A DNA stretch of 64,000 nt. Origin: Paraspadella gotoi. Taxonomy: Eukaryota > Animalia > Chaetognatha. Positions within the stretch are counted from its first letter, which is position 1, and each line of letters opens with the position of its first letter. Positions 38,763 to 51,077 of this stretch are shown here, in pieces. The translations under genes and the position numbers were made by a program. The notes under the pieces are model-generated. The model was not told where the DNA came from. It saw nothing but the letters and a program-made list of their open reading frames with translations, and did no database searches. Location: the NCBI GenBank assembly GCA_051294375.1, contig CM119267.1, positions 2,320,946 to 2,384,945 of the forward strand. Reading direction: 5' to 3'.

Positions 38763-39519
38763 CGATGCTGACGCTATTGTCGTCACCGATTTTGACGTGA
38801 GAGGAAAATCAAAAACTTCGCACAAAATATTGACGCCATTTTATGACAGCAACATTGTTGTTGTTGCTGTTGTTGTCGTCGTCGTCATCATTGTTGACTT
38901 CATCGTCGTCATTATTGTGAAGTTGTTGAAACAGTAATTAGGAACAATGTTTGAAATGATGTAAATTTTATTTGTTGTTTACATTTTCGTCATTGTCCTA
39001 AACCGCGATTTCCACATAACGATTATTTCATTTTTTCAACATTTTTCTTATTATTATGATTCTTGCGCTTTTTCGTAGTCGTCATCGTCGCTGTCGGTTT
39101 AAAGGGAAAGCGGGCCGTCGGGTTCTTCCAATCTCTCAATTCATTTTCCAATGTGGAGAGATGAGAGAGATGAGAAGAGAGAGACGAGGAGAGAAGAGAG
39201 AGGAGAGAGAGAAGAGATAGAGAGAGAGAGAGAAAAGACTGGACTTTGTTTACCACGAAATTTCGTTTCCTTGTTTGGCAGAGTTTATAAGTTATAGAAG
39301 GAGGAGGAGGAGGAAGAGGAGGAGGAGGAGGAGTGATATGAAGGTGGAGGTGAAAGAAGAAAAGCGATAAACAAGAAAGGTGATTCCAATGTGTTGTGCC
39401 GCAGTGACTTTAGTTTCACGTGTATTATATTCACATGATATGACATCACTTGACATGAGTAAAAAACTTTCTTAGCCCTTGTATTCATGACATGCACTGC
39501 ATCGAGTCTTTTATTCCTT

Positions 39520-39732
39520 ATAGTTTTAGGATATCCTAAAGGCGGCGCGAGCAGTCCCTTAGAATTGAGGTTTTTTCCTGTCTTAACAAATGAGCAACGA
39601 ACTATTGGCAAAATGTGTGCATCTTTAACGTAAATGGGACAGACCGACGGACTGACAAACCGACCGACAGACCGACCGACCGAAAAGTGACTTATAGAGT
39701 TGCTTCGCGAGTAATCGAGGCGCAACTAAAAA
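39520..39732. mobile_element. Helentron-associated (HINE/DINE-1-like) non-autonomous element terminus, tentative
   Basis: A (GACC/GACA/GACG) tetranucleotide microsatellite at 39638-39682 is followed by TTATAG, a hairpin AGTTGC(39698-39703)...GCAACT(39722-39727) and an A5 tract. A perfect palindrome TTTAGGATATCCTAAA lies at 39525-39540. The 5' boundary is uncertain. Redundant copies lie near 51390-51620 and 58145-58376. Confidence 0.4.
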
Positions 39733-40644
39733 GTTGAAGTAGCTAGAGTAGGAGGAAATATTAACCGCTAAAGTATATTTAGGAGTAGTCAAGTACAACA
39801 TTAATAGATCTCACTCTTATTCGACCTTAAGTCAATTTTCCCGAATAAGTTTTCGTTTTGCCAAATTTTAAAATTATTCTCTATCACGTTTTCATCTCAC
39901 TTTTCGAATCAGAGTCGTGACTCGTGAGCTTCTTCAGTTTTCACTTGATAACTCATAAAAACTTATCGCAAGGAAGAAAATGCGGTCGTCCTCTGAAAGT
40001 CGATGCGGTAAAGGTTCGTGTAATACTTTTAGTTAATACTTTACGGAAATTTTATCAACCATAACATATGATTCAATTGTTTCATATTTTTGTATAGTCA
40101 TCTTGGCTACGCGTGTACGTAATTAGGTAAACTCGTCTAAATATGTCTTAATTTCTTATTTAAAACTTTATCATTAAACTTTATTATTAAACTTTTTTTT
40201 CAAAATCTAAAACGGTCGACATCAGATTCTTTAAAGAATTTAAATACAATTTAATTTGTTTGGGTAGCAAGTCATTTAAACTCGATCGTTTCTGTATTTC
40301 TGTATTTTCTGTAATCTTGTTCCTCGATAAAATATTTTCTACCAACTCGTTTCATGTCATTCTGACATTTTCCTCCACTGTCTCTCATCATATTTTCCCT
40401 TCTATGTTTTACATTGTTTTTTTTTATAATTTAATAGATTTCTTAACTTTTTCTCTGAATTCCACCAATCCTGACTTGGTCTCAAAATCCCAACCACAAT
40501 AGACAAGCGTCCCTTTTGCGCTACACGAGTCTGCGCCAATTACTTTTGCTCAGCGGGAAACGAAACGAATACCAAATCACAGTTGTACATAAAGCGACAT
40601 TGCTCGCAAAGAGATGGAGCCCTGATGGAGCTCTGAACTTCAAT

Positions 40645-40756
40645 CCACATCTCACTACAAATGAGACCACGTGACTCCACACCACTCTTTTCTCTCTTCC
40701 ACATCTCACTCCATATGTGACCACGTGACTCCACACTACTCTTTCACATCTCACTC
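40645..40756. repeat. ~53 bp tandem repeat (2 copies plus a partial) containing GACCACGTGAC
   Basis: ccacatctcact(a/c)ca(a/t)atg(a/t)gaccacgtgactccacac(c/t)actcttt occurs twice. Confidence 0.85.
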
Positions 40757-40964
40757 ACGCTACATTTTGCCACAGGAAATGATTCTCAAGCAAAAGTCTT
40801 TCTCGCTTACGAATCTTAATCTAATTTTCCTTTTTCCTTTTTTTCATTTGTGTTCTCCTCCTCTTCTTCTTCTTCATCCTCTTCCTCCTCTTCATCCTCT
40901 TCCTCCTCCTTCCTTCGCCTCCTGCTGAGGTTTCTTCCAATCTCTATCCTTTAAATTTCTTTTC

Positions 40965-42560
40965 TTCTTCCCCCTTGTCATTGTTTTATTTATTCTAACT
41001 ATTCTTATTTTTCTTAATCTCCCCTTGTCATTGTTTTATTTATTTCTTTACTCTTCCCCCTTGTCATTGTTTTATTGTTCTTTCTCTTCCCCGCTTGTCA
41101 TTGTTTTATTTATTCTTTACTCTTCCCCCTTGTTCATTGTATTATTCTACCTTCCCCCTTGTCATTGTTTTATTTATTTTTACTCTTCTCTCCTGTCATT
41201 GTTTTATTTATTCTTCTCTTCCCTTTCATTGTTTTATTTATTTCTTACTCTTTCCCCCTTGTCATGGTTTTATTTATTCTACCCTTCCCTTGTCATGTTT
41301 ATTTATTCTTACTTTTTCCCCCTTGTCATTGTGTTATTTATTCTTACTCTTCCCCCTTGTCATTGTTTTATTTATTTCTATCTCCCTTGCCATTGTTTAT
41401 TTATCTTACTCTTCCCCCTGTGTCAGTTTTATTTATTCTTACCTCCCCTGTCATTTTTTATTTATTTTACTGCTTCCCCTGTCATAATGTCTATTTATTC
41501 TTACTCTTGCCCCTTATCATTTGTTTATTTTTTCTTACTCTTCCCCCTGTCATTGTTTATTTATTTCTTACTCTTCTTCCGTCATTTGTTTATTATTCTT
41601 ACTCTTCACCTTGTCATTTGTTTTATTTATTTCTTCTCTTCCCCTTGTCATGGTTTATTTTATTCTACTTCCACTTGTCATTGTTTTATTTATTTCTTAA
41701 CCAATTCCCCCTTGTCATGTTTTATTTATTCTTAATCTTCCCTTGTCATTGTTTATTATTTCCTTAGCCTTTCCCCCTTGCATTTTTAATTTTATCTTAC
41801 TCTTCCCCCTTGTCATTGTTTTATATTCTTACTTCTTCCCCTTGTCATTGTTTATTTATTCTTACTCTTCCCCTTGTCATTGTTTTATTTATTCTTACTC
41901 TTCCCCCTTGTCATTGTTTTATTTATTCTTACTCTTCCCCTTGTATGTTTTTATTCTAACCCTTCCCCTTCATTGTTTATTATTCTTACTCTTCCCCCTT
42001 GTCATTGTTTTATTTATTCTATACTTCCCCTTGTCATTGTTTTATTCTACTCTTCTGTCAGTATCTTCCCGCCTTGTCATTGTTTTATTATTTTACTTCC
42101 CCTTGTCATTTCTATTTATTCTTACTCTTCCCCCTTTATCATTGTTTATTTATTTACTTCTTATTTCTTACTCTTCCCCTGTCATTGTTTTATTTATTCT
42201 ACCCTTTCCCCCTTGTTGTCTTGTTTATTATTCTTACTCTTCCCCCTTATCATGTTTTATTTATTCTTACTCTTCTCCCTTGTCATTGTTTTATTTATTC
42301 TTACTCTTCCCCCTTTCATTGTTTTATTTGTTCTACTCTTCCCCCCTTGTCATGTTTTATTTATTCTTACTTTCCCCCTTGTCTTGTTTTATTTTATTCT
42401 TCACTCTTCCCCTTGTCATTTTTATTTATTCTTACTCTTCTTCCCCACTTGTCATTAATGTTTATTTATTCTTACTGCTTCTCATCCTTCATTGTTTATC
42501 TTACTCGTCCCTTGTTCATTGTTTTATTTTATTCCAACCCTTCCCTTTGTCATTGTTTTA
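40965..42560. repeat. 34 bp minisatellite (VNTR), long form of ~46 units
   Basis: Unit CCCCCTTGTCATTGTTTTATTTATTCTTACTCTT. Shorter ~0.65 kb versions lie at ~46730-47395, 52905-53548 and 59660-60325, each followed by (TTA)n. Confidence 0.95.
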
Positions 42561-42834
42561 TTATCTAATTATTATATTATTATTATATTATTTTATTATG
42601 TATTATTATTATTATTATAATATTATTATTATTATTTTTATTATTATTTATCATTTTATTTTTCTTTTCAATTCCAGTTTTTGAATTTTTCTTCTAGATT
42701 TTTAGCTTTTCCCTCTTCTTCAAACTTTTCCTTTTGATTTCTTTTTTCCTCCTCAGCATCTTCCTCAAATTCCTTGACCCACCTCTTATTTTCACACTCT
42801 CTTCTTCCCTCCTCACTCCTCTCTCTTTCCTCCC

Positions 42835-43612
42835 ATATAGAGCTTAAACCCTGTTTTGAGAGGTGGTGATTCAACTACCTCCAATGGTCGATGATATCAT
42901 ATGTTGTTATTTCTTTGTAAAATTACTTAGTGTGTGAATTCATGAGTAGAAATTATGCAGAATGAATATTTCATTTCAGTTTTAATGTTTTTTTTTTCTA
43001 AAATATTTTTTTTTTTATAATTATGCCATTTGTTTAAAGTTTTTATATTAAGTAGTCATTTCTTTTTGAATACTTAGTGTGTGAATTCATGAGTTAGAAA
43101 TCATAAGAAAAAAATTTCATATGAACAGTTTTTATGCTATGGTCATCAAAAAAGTCCTGAACTCGAATACGCGATGGTCAATAATCACTATTTAATCAGT
43201 TACAAATAAAAAAAAGAAGAAAGTGAAATAGACAAAAATGGACATGATTTTTTTCTCCTAAATGTGCAAAATTGTACTTTTTATTTAATTGAGAACGTGT
43301 GGATATGATTCACCAATCCCTAGTTCAGCCCAATGTTTATTGTGTCGAAATCAAATTATATTAAGTAACAACCTGAAACAAGCATTGGAAAGAGTTGCTT
43401 TTTTTGCTTAAATGCGACGTTGTAGGCGGAACCATGAAATTCATGAAATAAAATCTAATAAAAGTCGAATTCGACCGGTAGAGCTTCAATGAATTCACGC
43501 GCATTCGACTGAAATCAATCGATTGCGATGTCTTCGACGGCAAAATCGATCGCTGCGACTTTTCGACGTTTGCGAGTCGAAGCAGAGGTCGAAAACCCCG
43601 GCCTTAGCTTTA
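42835..43612. mobile_element. ~775 bp insertion present in only one copy of the unit (possible non-autonomous DNA transposon)
   Basis: It interrupts ttcacactct...(tcc)n...cttccaccgaccgattcc, which is contiguous at ~44255-44315, 47625-47692, 53768-53836 and 60550-60625. Weak terminal inverted similarity, with TA at both ends. Confidence 0.45.
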
Positions 43613-43797
43613 CTCTTCCCTCCTCCTCCTGCCTCTCCTCCTTCCACCGACCGATTCCAAAAAAAAGCCAATCTATGTTCTTCTTCTAGTTATTTGGTCT
43701 TGGTTCCTCTTGATTTGTCAGGGGCTAAAAACGTGAGCTACTACTCCCCTCTGCTCTCTCTCTCTCTCTCTTTCCTCTCTCTCCTCCCTCTTCTTTT

Positions 43798-43830
<33 letters not shown>

Positions 43831-44008
43831 GTCTCTCTCTTCTCTTCTCTTTCGTTCTCTTTCNNNNNNNNNNNNNNNNNNNNNNNNNCCTTCCCCCTTG
43901 TCATTATTTTATTTATTATTACTCTTCCCCCTTGTTATTGTTTTATTTATTCTTACTCTTCTCCCTTGTCATTGTTTTATTTATTCCAACCCTTCCCCCT
44001 TGTCATTG

Positions 44009-44096
<88 letters not shown>

Positions 44097-45677
44097 CATT
44101 ATTATTATTATTTTATTATTTTATTTTTTCTTTTCAATCAGTTTTGAATTTTTCTTCTAGATTTTTAGCTTTGCCCTCTTCTTCCAAACTTTTCCTTTGA
44201 TTTCTTTTCTTCCTCCTCACATCTTCCTCAAATTCCTTGACCCACCTCTTATTTTCACACTCTTCCTCCTCCTCATCCTCATCCTCCTCATCCTCCTCCT
44301 TCCACCGACCGATTCCAAAAAAAGCCAATCTATTTCCCTTCTAGTTATTTGGTCTTGTCTCCTTTGATTTTGTCAGGGCTAAAACGTGAGCTACTACTCC
44401 CCTCTCTCTCTCTCTTTCTTTCTCTCTCTCTCTTTCTCTNNNNNNNNNNNNNNNNNNNNNNNNNNNNNNNNNNNNNNNNNNNNNNNNNNNNNNNNNNNNN
44501 NNNNNNNNNNNNNNNNNNNNNNNNNNNNNNNNNNNNNNNNNNNNNNNNNNNNNNNNNNNNNNNNNNNNNNNNNNNNNNNNNNNNNNNNNNNNNNNNNNNN
44601 NNNNNNNNNNNNNNNNNNNNNNNNNNNNNNNNNNNNNNNNNNNNNNNNNNNNNNNNAAAAAATGGCAACAAAAGTTGGAAAAAACAGAAACTGAGGATAA
44701 AAGATGAGAAAATATTATTTAATTTTTGGTTTAGTATCGCAATTTTATTTTTAGAAATGGAAGGAAGGAAGCCTGTCCAGAATCAGCAGACCAGAATGCT
44801 TATTCAATAATCATTAAGTGAGTGTATAATTTCTCTATCGCTTGTATAATTGTCATAACTTATTTTCTATTTTAGTTATCTTTACTTGACATTTTAAGTT
44901 TGAACAGTTTTGTATGACCGATGAACAAACTAATCTTCCCCTTTTCATCTTCCCCGCTTGAGATTTATCCTTTCACTTCCCGACGCCAAAACCATTACCT
45001 TGTCTCAACTTTGCTCCCAAATGTATTTCAAAGCACTCTCTCTCTCTTTCNNNNNNNNNNNNNNNNNNNNNNNNNNNNNNNNNNNNNNNNNNNNNNNNNN
45101 NNNNNNNNNNNNNNNNNNNNNNNNNNNNNNNNNNNNNNNNNNNNNNNNNNNNNNNNNNNNNNNNNNNNNNNNNNNNNNNNNNNNNNNNNNNNNNNNNNNN
45201 NNNNNNNNNNNNNNNNNNNNNNNNNNNNNNNTTCTCTTTCCATATTCTTTTTCACTCTCTCACACTTTCCCCTACTTTCGGCACACGAAAAGAGCACACT
45301 TAATGTATGCCTATCGGCACTTTATATCAATTAGAATCAGTCACCGATNNNNNNNNNNNNNNNNNNNNNNNNNNNNNNNNNNNNNNNNNNNNNNNNNNNN
45401 NNNNNNNNNNNNNNNNNNNNNNNNNNNNNNNNNNNNNNNNNNNNNNNNNNNNNNNNNNNNNNNNNNNNNNNNNNNNNNNNNNNNNNNNNNNNNNNNNNNN
45501 NNNNNNNNNNNNNNNNNNNNNNNNNNNNNNNNNNNNNNNNNNNNNNNNNNNNNNNNNNNNNNNNNNNNNNNNNNNNNNTCTCTCTCTCTCTCTCTCACTG
45601 TCTCCTGCGGATTTTTAAAACAAAGGGCGCCAGCGACGAAAGATTTGATGAATCGCGTGGAAATGCTCAATCTGGGC

Positions 45678-45713
<36 letters not shown>

Positions 45714-47414
45714 TTAAGACTTATTCGCCGTCTTTATCGTCGACATTATCGTCGTCGTCGTCTTCATTCTTTTCGTCATCATCATCATCGTTCAGAGAAG
45801 CTGTTGTTGTTATCCAAAGTTTTCCACTTAGAATTTATTTCATTTTCATTCATAAAAGAGAAACAAATAAATAAATCGAACCTATCGAATAAATGTAACC
45901 TAATTTTACAGTGAAAAACGAAGATGACCAAGAGGAAAAGTTTAGAACAACAAATTTTTAAAACGGAAAATATTTTAATTTTCAAAGATGATTTTTAACT
46001 GATCGACTGATAGTGTCATTGCAAGTTATCATTAACTAATAAATTATGATGATAGCTTAGGGGAGAAAAGAGTGTTTGTGCCTCAGTAGATTTGGTTTCG
46101 ATCACGTTGGCTGACTTTAGTTCTTATTCAATTAACGTTCAGAATTTGGAACAGGTTGGTAAGTTTATTTATCAACAAACAATTTTGGCGACGAGGAACG
46201 GAGATAAAATGTTTATTACATACAAACGATGTGTGAAATTAATTTTTAATTTCGAGATTAAAAATATAAAAACGTGAGTGTAAAATCCATTAAAAATAAA
46301 CCCCAACGGCGGTTAAAAAACAGGTTGTAGCATAAAGCGACATATTGCTCGCAAAGAGATGGAGCCCTTGATGGAGCCTCTGAACTTCAATCCACATCTC
46401 ACTACAAATGAGACCACGTGAACTCCCACTCCACTCTTTTTCCTCTTCCACATCTCACCATATGTGACCGACAGTGACTCCACACTAACTCTTTCACATC
46501 TCACTCACGCTCTATTCTCCTAATTTGCCACAGGAAATGATTTCTCAAGCAAAAGTCTTTCTCGCTACGAATCTTAATCTAATTTCCTTTTTTCCTTTTT
46601 TTCATTTGTGTTCTCCTCCTCTTCCTCTTCTTCATCCTCTTCCTCCTCTCATCCTTCCCGCTCTCCTTCCTTCGCTCCTGCTGAGGTTTTCTTCGCAAGC
46701 GCTATCCTTTAAATTTTTTCTTTTCTATCTTCCCCATTGTCACATTGTGTTTTATTTATTCCCTTATTATATCTCTTCCCCCTTGTCATTGTTTTATTTA
46801 ATTCTTATCTCTTTCCCGCCTTGTCATTGTTTTATTTATTCTACTCTTCCCTTGTCATTGTTTTATTTATTTCTTAACTCCCCCCCTTGTCATTGTTTTA
46901 TTTATTCTTAACATCTTCCCTCTTGTCATTGTTTTATTTATTCTTAATCTTCCCCCTGTCATTGTTTTATTTATTCTTTACTCTTTCCCCCTTGTCATTG
47001 TTTATTTATTGTTTACTCTTCCCCTGTCATTGTTTTATTTATTCTAACCCTTCCGCTTGTCATTGTTTTATTTATTCTTATGCTCTCCCTTGTCATTGTT
47101 TATTATCCTTACTCTTCTCCCTGTCATTGTTTTATTTATTCTTACTCTTCCCCTTCCCCCTTGTCATGGTTTTATTTATACTTACTCTTCCCCCCTGTCA
47201 TTGTTTTATTTATTCTAAACTCCTCCCTTGTCATTGTTTTATTTATTCTTACCCTTCCCCCTTCCCCCTTGTCATTATTTTATTTATTATTACTCTTCCC
47301 CCTTGTTATTGTTTTATTTATTCTTACTCTTCTTCCGCCTTTCTCACCTTGTTTCATTGTTTTATTTATTCCAACCCTTTCCCCCTTGTCATGTGTTTTT
47401 TATTATTATTATTA

Positions 47415-47464
<50 letters not shown>

Positions 47465-48488
47465 ATTATTATTATTATTATTTTATTATTTATTTTTTTC
47501 TTTTCAATCAGTTTTGAATTTTTCTTCTAGATTTTTAGCTTTGCCCTCTTCTTCCAAACTTTTCCTTTGATTTCTTTTCTTCCTCCTCACATCTTCCTCA
47601 AATTCCTTGACCCACCTCTTAATTTTCACACTCTTCCTCCTCCTCATCCTCATCCTCTCCTCCTCATCCTCCTCCTTCCACCGACCGATTCCAAAAAAAG
47701 CCAATCTATTTCCCTTCTAGTTATTTGGGTCTTGTCTCTTTGGATTTTGTTCAGGGCTAAAACGTGAGCTACTACTCCCTCTCTCTCTCTCTTGTCTTTC
47801 TCTTCTCTCCCTCTCTTTCTCTCTCTCTCTCCTCTTCCCTCTCTCTTTCTCTCTCTCTCTCTCTCTTCTCTCTCTCCTCTCTCTCGTCTCTCTCTCTCTC
47901 GTCTCTCTCTCTCTCTCTCTCTTCTCGTCTCTCTCTCTTTCTCCTTTGATAAGGCTTTTGCTCCGGGATGTCACCGTGCGTTCAGAAATCGAGATTTCAC
48001 GCGAAAAAAAGGTGAGAAAAGAATAAGTAAAAAAAATAAAAATAAAAAAATGGCAACAAAGTTGGAAAAAACAGAAACTGAGGATAAAAGATGAGAAAAT
48101 ATTATATTTAATTTTTGGTTTAGTATCGCAATTTTATTTTTAGAAAATGGAAAGGAAGGAAGCCTGTCCAGAATCAGCAAGACCAGAATGCTTATTCAAT
48201 AATCATTAAAGTGAGTGTATAATTTCTCTATCGCTTGTATGATGTGTCATAACTTATTTTCTATTTTAGTTATCTTTACTTGACATTTTAAGTTTGAAAC
48301 AGTTTTTGTATGACCGATGAACAAACTAATCTTCCCCTTTTCATCTTCCCGCTTGAGATTTATCCTTCTACTTCCCGACGCCAAAAACCATTACGTTGTC
48401 TCAACTTTGCTCCCAATGTATTTCAAAGCACTCTCTCTCTCTTTCACTCTCTTACTTGTTTGCTCTCTCTGTTCTCATCTCTCTCTCG

Positions 48489-48521
<33 letters not shown>

Positions 48522-50567
48522 TCTAGCTCTGCCTGTCTTTCTCCCACTCTCTCTCTCTTGCTCTTTTTTTTTCTTTCTCTTTCATATTCTCTTTTCACTC
48601 TCTCGACACTTTCCCTATTTTCGGCACACGAAAAGAGCACACTTTAATGTAGTATGGCAACTTTATATCAATTAGAATCAGTCACCGATTATTTCTCCGA
48701 AGGTCGTCTCGTCTTTTCTAAGACGAAAATAAAAGGGCCTAATTGAAATTCTGTCCTCTCCGCTCTCTCTCTCTCTCTCTCTCACTGTCTCCTGCGGGTA
48801 TTTTTTAAAAACAGGGCGCCAGCGAACGAAAGTTTGATGAATCGCGTGAAATGCTGCAATCTGGGCCTCGTCGTCGTCGTCGTCGTCGTCGTCGTGTCGT
48901 CGTCTAAGCTCTTATTCGCCGTCTTCTCGAATTATCGCGTCGTCGTCTTCATTTCTTTCGTCATCATCATCACATCGTTCAGAGAAGCTGTTGTGTTGTT
49001 ATCCAAAGTTTTCCACTTAGAATTTATTTCATTTCTGTTCATAAAAAGAGAACAAAATAAATAATCGAATAAATTAACAATTTAATGAAAACGAAGATGA
49101 CCTAAGAGGAAAAGTTTAGAACAACAAATTTTTTTAAAAACGGAAAATATTTTAATTTTCAAAGATGATTTTTAACTGATCACTGTAGAGTGTCATTGGA
49201 AGTTATCATTAACTAATAAATTATATCTTATGATGATAGCTTAGGGGGAAAGGAGTGTTTGTGCCTCAGTAGATTTGGTTTCGATCACGTTGGCTGACTT
49301 AAGTTCTTATTCAATTTAACGTTCAGAATTTGAACAGGTTGTAAGTTTATTTATCAACAAACAATTTTGGCGACGAGGAACGGAGATAAAATGTTTTTAC
49401 ATACAAACGATGTGTGAAATTAATTTTTAATTTCGAGATTAAAAATATAAAAAACGTGAGTTAAATCATTAATAAACCCCAACGGCGAGTTAAAACGTTG
49501 AACGTTCAAGGAGGCAACGACTTTTCTCTGCCACGCTATTTGAAACATTGCTAAACGTAAAAAATAAGACAGATACTAATTCCCCCCCCTTTCTTCGCGA
49601 CTGAATCAGTTGTAAACTTTTCCTAATAATTTGGGCCGTTCGATCGTGATAATCGTCCGCCGATGAANNNNNNNNNNNNNNNNNNNNNNNNNGACTCCGC
49701 GGACGTCGAACTTTCATTCCGCACTCGTCGGCCGCCACGAGCGTCGAAACAAAGGGTAATGAAACAATTAAATAATTATCAATGACGACTGAATGAATAA
49801 TCGATGAATCTTTATTTAAATAAGACATTAATCCACAAATGTTTATAGACATTTCCACTAAAGTTTAATCGAGATTCCACAAGAGTTTGTTCATGAATCC
49901 TGACACTTTTTTTTCTTCTCCTCCTTCCTTCCTTCTTCTCTTCTTCTCTTCCTTCTTTTACTTTTTCTTTCTTCCTCCTCCTACTTCCTTCCTCCTTCCT
50001 CCTTCTCCTGTCTTCTTCCTTCTTCTACGTCTTCCTTCCTTCCTTCTTTCTCCTTTTTTCCTCCTCCCTCTTCCTTCCTCTGCCTCTTCCCTTCTTCTAC
50101 TTCTTCTTCCTTCCTTCCTCCTCTCCCTCCGTTCTTCCTCCTTCTTCTCTTCTCTTCCTCCTCCTTCCTCCTCCTCTCCTCCACTCCTTCTCTTTCCTTC
50201 TTCTCCTTCTTTCTCCTCTTCTCCTTCCCCTCCTTCCTTCCTTCTTCCTTCTTCCTTCTTCTTCCTTTCTCCCTCCTTCTTCCTCCTTTCTTCTCTCTCT
50301 TCTTCTTNNNNNNNNNNNNNNNNNNNNNNNNNCCACAATCCACCGCTCCGACCACATCCCGCATCGCTCCGACGCACATCCACCGCGATGCAAATTAAAC
50401 TCAGCCGGTCTCTTCTCTCGAGTGGGCTTCGTGGCCTCCTGCGTTTCCAACGAGAAAGATAACAATCGAACTGAGAAAATGATAATGCCAGTCTGAGAAG
50501 TAGTAGATCAATCAGTGAGAGCTAGCAGCCTCGAGGTATGGCACGCAGAAAGACAAGCAAAGATTAG

Positions 50568-50598
<31 letters not shown>

Positions 50599-51041
50599 CA
50601 TGAGAGAGATGAGAGAGAGAGAGAAGGAGAGACGGACGAAGAGAAAGCGATGCTGAACGCTATTGTCGTCACCGATTTTGGACGGGAGTGAGGAAATCAA
50701 AACATCGCACAAAAATATTGAGCCATTTTTATGCAGAACATTGTTGTTGTTGTTGTTTTGTCGCGTCGTCGTCACATTGTGCTTCAATCGTCGTCATTAT
50801 TGTGAGTTGGTTGAACAGTATTAGAACAATGTTGAAATGAGTGAAATTTTATTTGTTGTTTTAACATTTTCGTGCATTGTCCCTACAACCGGATGTCCAC
50901 AATAACGATTATTTCATTTTTTCAACATTTTCTTATATTAAATGATTTTGCGCTTTTCGTAGTCGCATCGTCGCTGTCGTTTAAAGGGAAAGCGGCCGTC
51001 GGGTCATTCCCAATCTCGTCAATATTTTTCAATTGTGGGAG

Positions 51042-51077
<36 letters not shown>

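Noticed and set aside
40500-40630. Ig-strand-like peptide NYFCSAGNETNTKSQLYIK
   Set aside because: The motif is short, all three frames are similarly open, and no other Ig strands are nearby.
40965-42560. 34-bp repeat as a CRISPR array or repeat-protein gene
   Set aside because: The units are head-to-tail with no spacers, and 34 is not a multiple of 3.
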